Assembly: GCF_000017305.1 (NCBI RefSeq)
Contig: NC_009664.2
Location: 2,430,001 to 2,462,000, forward strand
DNA: 32,000 bases
From: Kineococcus radiotolerans SRS30216 = ATCC BAA-149
GTDB lineage: Bacteria; Actinomycetota; Actinomycetes; Actinomycetales; Kineococcaceae
Reading direction: 5' to 3'
Below, piece after piece: positions 26,478-32,000 of this stretch (position 1 is the first letter of the stretch; each line of letters starts with the position of its first letter). Under the pieces are notes generated by a model, which ran no database searches, was not told where the DNA came from, and worked only from the letters and a program-made list of their open reading frames with translations. A program made the translations under genes and the position numbers.

Positions 26478-27944
26478 TAGTACGTTGTTAGGTCTTGCCA
26501 AGGATGGTCGTCGCGTGGTGCGCTGTCGCGGTGACTCCTGAGGACCTCGAGGGCGTGCGCGAGCAGCTGGAGGACTTCGCCGCGGACGTCTTCGCGCCGC
26601 TGACCCGAGCCGATCAGCGAGCCAAAGGCCAAACCTACCTGCGCGGGCTGCTGCTGGACGGAACCCGCAAGTCGATGCAGCCGAAGGCCGAACGCCTCGG
26701 GGTGGACCACCAGGACCTGCAGCAGTTCGTGTCCTCCTCGACCTGGGACGTCAGCGCGGTGCGTTCTCGCATCGCAGGCAAGGCGGTAGAGGTGATCGAA
26801 CCGGTCGCGTGGGTCATCGACGACACTGGCTTCCCCAAGGACGGCAAAGCCTCGCCCGGGTCGCCCGGCAGTACTCCGGAACCCTCGGCAAGGTAGGCAA
26901 CTGCCAGATCGGCGTCAGCGTCCACGCCGTCACCCACACCGCCTCTTGCCCGCTGGACTGGCAGCTGTTCCTGCCCGGCAGCTAGGATACCGCCGCAGTC
27001 GAGAGCACTCTGGACGAGAGCTTGGATGGGGCAGAGACCAACGCAGGCTCGACACCGTGCGGTTGCAGCGCAAACGGGCGGGGATCCCCGACGAGCTGGG
27101 TCATCAGCCGAAGTGGCGCCTGGCGCTGGAGATGCTCGACGAACTCGCCGAGTGGGGTCTGTGTCCACCGGTGATCGCCACTGACGCCGGCTACGGCAAC
27201 AACGCTCACTTCCGCGACGCCCTCACTGAGTGGGGACTGTCCTGGATCGTGCAGGTCGAATCCGACCTGAGTGCGCACCCCGCCGACGCTGTTCCTGAGC
27301 TGCGCGAGTACCTCGGCGCCGGCCCGCGCGGCAAGCCGCGCTACCGCGACGCGCCGATGAGTTTGTGCCAGCACGCCCTAACAGCAGGTAGGGAGAACGC
27401 GCAGGAGGTCACCTGGCGGGCCGGTTCCCGCGACCAGCTCACCTCGCGGTTCCTCGCAATCCGCATTCGTCCGGCCGGGCGCAAGCACACCGCCCGACTG
27501 ACCGAGGACGGGTCCCTGCCCGAGCAGTGGCTGATCGCGGACTGGCCGCAGGAAGCGGACGAGCCGGAGGGGGCACCTCCCGCGTGCGGGGGAAAATACT
27601 GGCTCTCCAACCTGCCCGCCGACACCGCCCCGCCCGAACTGGTCCGCCTGGGCAAGATCCGCTGGCGCATCGAGCGCGACTACCGCGAACTCAAGACCGG
27701 CCTTGGCCTGGACCACTTCGAGGGCCGCAGCTTTACCGGCTAGCACCGCCACGTCACCCTCGTCACCGCCGCACACCTCTTCTGCACCCTGCTGCGCGCC
27801 GACCCGAAAGCGCGTGGCGCAGCTTGAGCACCTACGCCGTGCTGCGCCTGCTCCAGCAGTTGCTGGCCGCCTGGACCGGCACCTGCACCGTCTGCAGACA
27901 ACCCGTTCGGGACCGACCCCTCGTGCCGACCTAACGAAGTACTA
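26478..27944 (+). mobile_element. IS701-family insertion sequence, degenerate (non-autonomous)
   Basis: Terminal inverted repeats TAGTACGTTGTTAGGTC (26478-26494) and GACCTAACGAAGTACTA (27928-27944) match at 15/17 positions. Both ends are flanked by CTAG (26474-26477 and 27945-27948). The interior encodes a broken IS701-type DDE transposase. Confidence 0.8.
26495..27934 (+). pseudogene. IS701-family DDE transposase, inactivated
   Basis: 'YLRGLLLDGTRKSMQPKAERLG...QQFVSSSTWD...WVIDDTGFPKDGKASPG' continues after a 1-nt shift at the G run 26858-26860 as 'VARQYSGTLGKVGNCQIGVSVHAV'. There are in-frame TAG codons at 26983-26985 and 27741-27743, the latter where 'GWHRH' is expected. Further frame changes occur near 27000-27050 and about 27815. 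Confidence 0.8.
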
Positions 27945-27948
27945 CTAG

Positions 27949-28089
27949 GCCTGCCTCGATGGCGCCGGCAGGTCCGAGGTCGCACAGGCACCGAACAAGT
28001 GTGAGGCGGCCAGGAACAGTATTGAGGAAATTCGAGCAGTGCTTCACCGCGCCGTGGCCGGCATTGACACCTACAGTGCGTCACTCTGA
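27949..28089 (+). pseudogene. Possible 3' remnant of a gene cut by the IS
   Basis: An open frame runs from the IS edge to the TGA at 28087-28089 ('...EVAQAPNKCEAARNSIEEIRAVLHRAVAGIDTYSASL*'). It reads as protein-like helical sequence but has no start codon or upstream part. Confidence 0.25.
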
Positions 28090-28810
28090 CTTGGTGAGGC
28101 TGTCGGTCGTCGACCGACGAAAACGTTGACCCCGCTCGCCTCTCGGCAAGGTGAAGATGATCGGCGCTTCAACTGCGCCAAGCACGAACGGCGGTGACGC
28201 GCGGCGATTCGTCAGGTCCATCCTGACTGCGTCGTGAATTGTTCGTGTTCAACTGGGACGCTGCGGGCGGTTTAGAGGCGATGGCAAAACCTTCGCCGCG
28301 ATGGCTTGCCCTTCATGAGTGGCCCGGCACCCCATCCACCGGCTTTTTCAGGTTTTGCCTATTTCTAAGTGGCGCATCCGTTGGGGGGCGGTTCGACGTC
28401 TACGCTTAGGTCCTCATTGCCCTCCGATTTGAGCCCGCTGCACCATCCTCAGTAAGCGGCACCCGCTACTTAGGAAGGCTCGCTGACGCCCTAGCCCTGC
28501 GTCGGAGCCCTCACGCCCTTCACCGTGTCGGCCGGGGGCCATCAGTGGCAACTCGCCACGCCTGGCAGGCTCGCGCATCCCAGATGAGCACCGGATGAGA
28601 GTGCGACCTGTCCGACAGGACGCGTCCTAGCGAGCCATCCCTTAGGCTGCGGATGACTGCCGCTAACGGTGGCGCAGTCGCGCTGCAATGCGCAGTTGCA
28701 GGGTGTGTGAGGAAGGACGCCGTGGTTCGGTTGTCTGCGGCGACGGGGAGGCGAGTCGCGACCTTGGCGTGCTGCCGGCAAGACTCTTTTTCGGTTGTGG
28801 GGGATCCCCC

Positions 28811-31800
28811 ATGCCGCTTGCAGAACCGTGGGGCATGATGGGTAACGCCGTGAGCGGTCGCCCATCGTACGTGGGCCAACTTGTTTGGTGTGGTCAACCC
28901 TATGGCTGGGGTCGCGTGCGCGCCTTGACGGACTCCTCCGTCGAGGTCACATTTTTTGAATCGCCGGCACAACCGCATGTTCATACTGTTGACATGGCAT
29001 TATCCGATGCCGTCGCTGCAGCACTTCCCAAGCAGATCCGGGTGTATTGGGAGGATGGCGAACGGTGGCGCGTCGGGCGAGTTGTCGGCGCCGCCCCTCA
29101 GGGCGGGTATGCGGTCAAACCGCCTAATTCTCGGTATGCCTTACCTCTTCCCATTGAGCGTCTTCATGTCCGCTGGTCTCAACCGGTGGTCGACCCACTT
29201 GAAGTGCTCTTGGCGGGGGGGAATGAAAGCCCGCACTTCAGCGAAACGCGCCTTCCTTTCATCCGCGCTGTGACGACTCACCGGGCGGCCTGCTCCAGCA
29301 TTCCAGCCATTCTATCGAGTGCCGTGGAGTTGTACCCGCACCAGATCGAGACGGTGTTGCAAGTAATGCGTGATCCAATCCAGCGCTATCTCCTTGCCGA
29401 TGAGGTTGGATTGGGGAAAACAATTGAGGCAGGTCTGCTGCTTCGGCAATACCTGCTGGACAACCCCACCGGTTCCGTGGTTGTCATAGCCCCTGATGTC
29501 CTGCGGCGCCAGTGGCAGGATGAACTTCGAGCGAAGTTCTTCGTTGATGACTTTCCTCGTTCACGCCTGCGCATCGTGGCGCACGAGTCGCCACAACGCT
29601 GGTTCAGCGACACCCCGGAAGACTTTGTAATTATTGATGAGGCGCATCGCCTTGTGGGGCAACGGCGGTCGCTACAGGAGGTGGAAAACCTCCGCCGCCT
29701 CTGTCATGGGACTCCCAGGCTGCTGCTCCTCTCGGCGACGCCTGCCTTAAACAACGAACGAGCCTTTCTCGAGCTGCTAAATCTGCTCGACCCCAAGATT
29801 TATGACGTGGCCGATCTGGCCGGGTTCACCGCTCGAGTGCGTGCGAGACACGAGATTGCCAAGGCGTTCTATGCGCTTGATCCAGAGTTCCCCGAAACCG
29901 CCCCCTTCTACTTGGGGACGATTCTGCATGCCTTCCCAGGGGATGAGGAACTCGCGGCATTGGTTGGCTCTGTAGGGGATTCGGCCTACTCTGGATCCGC
30001 CGATTTCATCGACAATATCGGCCGGTTGCGCCGCTACGTTAACGAGACGTACCGACTGAACCGTCGAGTGGTGAGGCATCGCCGTGAGCGCGTTCTGACG
30101 GGAGTGCCGTGCGGACCCAACAGTCCTGAGTTCGAGGTCACCGGGCGCAGCGAACCGCAACTGCTTGTCCCCAACGATCCGGTAGGGGACCAAGCAGAAC
30201 TGTTCTTGGAAGAGTGGCGTCAGGACGTTGTCGATCACCTCAATGTCAGTGGCGCGCAGTTCACCGATGACTACGAAAACCTGTACGGGCTCTTCCTGGC
30301 GTCAGCGCGCAGTCCACAACACCTGAGTCAACTCATGCACGTGCGCCTATCCGCCATCGATCGCGAGGCTATGGTCTCGCAACTTAGTGACGCGGAGTGG
30401 GCAATGCTTACAGAGGCGCCCCCACTCCCCGCAGACCAACGGCTCCTCACGCAGTTGGCCTCACTCTCGCACGGGGATCACATCAGTGCTTTGATCCACG
30501 CCGTTCGTCCCGCATGCAAAAAGCATCAACAGATCGTCATGTTCGTGGACTCGACGCTTGTTGGACACCAGTTGGCTGCCGCGCTGCGCGCAAAGTTCCG
30601 CGGCCTCCAGGTGGCTGAGCACTTCACCGATCAGTCGCCTACGGAGCGCGAGGAGTCCGTGGCGCAGTGGAGACGTGGCAGTAGCCGCGTACTCATCTGT
30701 GATAGCAGCGCTGAGGAGGGCAGGAACTTCCAAGACGCGGACGCCATGGTGCACGTGAACCTCCCCTCCTCGGTCAACCGTCTCGAACAACGCATTGGAC
30801 GTGTGGACCGGCACGGCAGCGAAGGGGCAGCAGAGCAGTACGTGGTCGCCCCGGACTCCATTGAGTCTCTCACCGGAGCTTGGTTAGAACTGCTCCGTGA
30901 CGGCTTCGGCGTGTGGCGGACATCCCTAGCGAGCCTGCAGTACACCATCGAGGCTTTGCACCCGCAAATTCGCCATTCCGTCTTCACTCGCGGCGGGGAA
31001 GGCCTCGTGGACCTGGTGGAAGTCGTATGTGCGGAACTGACACGCAGTGCAACGGACATCACCGCAGAGGACCAGCTTGAGGCATCATTCCTTAGTGGCG
31101 GCGGCATCCATTCTCTCGTTGCCTTGGATCAAATCGAGACCGACTGGCCGCAGTTCGACGCAGCACTGAACGACTTGGCCTATAAAGCGGATGGAAGCCT
31201 TCAACTCCATCCACTGCCCGGCGGTGACCGCTTCACCCGCCGTTTCGAGCCAGGGGAGCGGCCCTTGCTTACCAGCCACCAGGTGCAAACAGCCCTTCCA
31301 GGGACCTGGGACACGCCGGGCAGTTGCAATCGCACCGCAGCGCTACGGCGGCCCGGACACCGAGTGCTTCGGTATGGATCGCCCCTGATCGACAGCCTCG
31401 CCACGTGGGTCGAACAAGACGACCGAGGACAAGCCAGCGCTCTGTGGCGACTGGCGCCCGGCCTGCCAGACGAGCAGGTCTACCTGGCCTTCGACTACCT
31501 CGTCGAAGGCGACGTCGGCGGCATTGCCCCGAACCTGGACCCCGACGAGAGCAGAGCACTGCGTCGCCGCCTCGACGGCTGGCTGGCGCCTTTCATGCAC
31601 CGGGTATGGCTGGATGCATGGAAGCAGGAGCCACCACTTCCGGGTCTCCTGCCCCTGCTCGAGCGCCGCTATGACCCACGCCCCCACATCGGCGACGTCA
31701 ACCTGAACCCCGACCGCATCGCGGCACTTCACCACCTGTTCGGCGGCGAGCGAGCATTTGGCCAGGCAGTGCGGCTTACCCACGCCGCCGCTCCGGGCAA

Positions 31801-32000
31801 CCTTCGCAGCCAACGCCGCGTCGATGCCCTCATCGAAGATGCCTGCGCCCGAGCACGCATAGACCTCCATGATGAGCTCGCCGTGCTCACTGCCCGAGAG
31901 GTAGCCGGTCTTGCTGACTCAACCGCCGGTCTCACCGAGGAACGCGTCGAGGCTCTCCTCAACGCGTGCCGGAATCCGCGTATCCGACTCCGCTCCGTGA
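28811..32000 (+). CDS. RapA/HepA-like SNF2-family helicase, 3'-partial (continues beyond the window)
   Basis: Not in the supplied track. Manual codon-by-codon reading of the frame (pos mod 3 = 2) finds no stop from the TAA at 28664-28666 to nt 32000. Motif I 'LLADEVGLGKTIEAG' (from 29390), motif II 'VIIDEAHRL' (DEAH at 29636-29647), motif III 'LLLLSATPALNN', motif VI 'LEQRIGRVDRHG' (30782-30817). The N-terminal 'YVGQLVW...GWGRVRAL...VEVTFF' and 'IRVYWEDGERWRVGRVVG' repeats resemble the RapA N-terminal Tudor/SH3-like pair. The start is uncertain: ATG 28811 (GGGGGA upstream), with 28688, 28835 and 28838 as alternatives. Confidence 0.85.
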   Translation, partial: MPLAEPWGMMGNAVSGRPSYVGQLVWCGQPYGWGRVRALTDSSVEVTFFESPAQPHVHTVDMALSDAVAAALPKQIRVYWEDGERWRVGRVVGAAPQGGYAVKPPNSRYALPLPIERLHVRWSQPVVDPLEVLLAGGNESPHFSETRLPFIRAVTTHRAACSSIPAILSSAVELYPHQIETVLQVMRDPIQRYLLADEVGLGKTIEAGLLLRQYLLDNPTGSVVVIAPDVLRRQWQDELRAKFFVDDFPRSRLRIVAHESPQRWFSDTPEDFVIIDEAHRLVGQRRSLQEVENLRRLCHGTPRLLLLSATPALNNERAFLELLNLLDPKIYDVADLAGFTARVRARHEIAKAFYALDPEFPETAPFYLGTILHAFPGDEELAALVGSVGDSAYSGSADFIDNIGRLRRYVNETYRLNRRVVRHRRERVLTGVPCGPNSPEFEVTGRSEPQLLVPNDPVGDQAELFLEEWRQDVVDHLNVSGAQFTDDYENLYGLFLASARSPQHLSQLMHVRLSAIDREAMVSQLSDAEWAMLTEAPPLPADQRLLTQLASLSHGDHISALIHAVRPACKKHQQIVMFVDSTLVGHQLAAALRAKFRGLQVAEHFTDQSPTEREESVAQWRRGSSRVLICDSSAEEGRNFQDADAMVHVNLPSSVNRLEQRIGRVDRHGSEGAAEQYVVAPDSIESLTGAWLELLRDGFGVWRTSLASLQYTIEALHPQIRHSVFTRGGEGLVDLVEVVCAELTRSATDITAEDQLEASFLSGGGIHSLVALDQIETDWPQFDAALNDLAYKADGSLQLHPLPGGDRFTRRFEPGERPLLTSHQVQTALPGTWDTPGSCNRTAALRRPGHRVLRYGSPLIDSLATWVEQDDRGQASALWRLAPGLPDEQVYLAFDYLVEGDVGGIAPNLDPDESRALRRRLDGWLAPFMHRVWLDAWKQEPPLPGLLPLLERRYDPRPHIGDVNLNPDRIAALHHLFGGERAFGQAVRLTHAAAPGNLRSQRRVDALIEDACARARIDLHDELAVLTAREVAGLADSTAGLTEERVEALLNACRNPRIRLRSV

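Noticed and set aside
28383-28398. GGGGGGCGGTTCGACG, resembling the 5' end of tmRNA (GGGG...GGnTTCGAC)
   Set aside because: There is no downstream tag-peptide reading frame ending in ...AA-stop, no tRNA-like 3' T-arm or CCA, and no acceptor-stem complement within 400 nt. It is most likely a chance match.
28520-31962. Minus-strand ORFs antisense to the SNF2 gene (28520-28984, 29777-30238, 30461-30814, 30631-31107, 31343-31870, etc.)
   Set aside because: They are short and motif-free, and all are overlapped by one continuous 3.2-kb plus-strand frame carrying SNF2 motifs.
1-32000. CRISPR arrays, tRNA or rRNA genes, integrase or att sites
   Set aside because: No regularly spaced direct repeats, no cloverleaf-compatible GTTCGA-containing segments with matching stems, and no tyrosine or serine recombinase ORF were seen. 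The only mobile-element signature is the degenerate IS701-family copy.

Overview
High-GC (about 70-75% by eye) actinobacterial-type chromosomal window. No BLAST or HMM search was possible, so every call rests on motifs read from the translations and on manual codon checks.

Layout, left to right:
1. vsr (its 5' end probably lies off-window), a secreted amidase and a lipoprotein.
2. A ~10 kb minus-strand gene train: ADP-ribosylglycohydrolase/phosphatase fusion -> AddB-like nuclease -> AddA/UvrD-like helicase-nuclease -> NucS-like PD-(D/E)XK protein -> small Cys-rich protein -> macrodomain protein. The three central genes are joined by 4-nt start/stop overlaps.
3. A MacB/FtsX-type ABC exporter.
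4. A GntR-controlled CUT1 sugar ABC transporter plus a ManD dehydratase operon.
5. An accessory patch: a second macrodomain paralog preceded by an unknown gene, a Phd/VapC toxin-antitoxin pair, a decayed DUF3427-type SF2 helicase cut by a decayed IS701-family element, and an ORF-poor lower-GC stretch.
6. A RapA/SNF2-like ORF of more than 1060 codons that runs off the right edge. It is missing from the supplied ORF track because it has no stop codon inside the window.

Best candidates for something undescribed:
- The ADP-ribose 'eraser'-rich helicase-nuclease train (3166-13407). The window holds three erasers and no recognisable ADP-ribosyltransferase.
- The foreign-looking SNF2 locus at the right edge, whose partner genes would lie beyond the window.

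Most of the very long ORFs in the track are Arg/Pro/Gly-rich off-frame or antisense shadows typical of high-GC DNA and were rejected.
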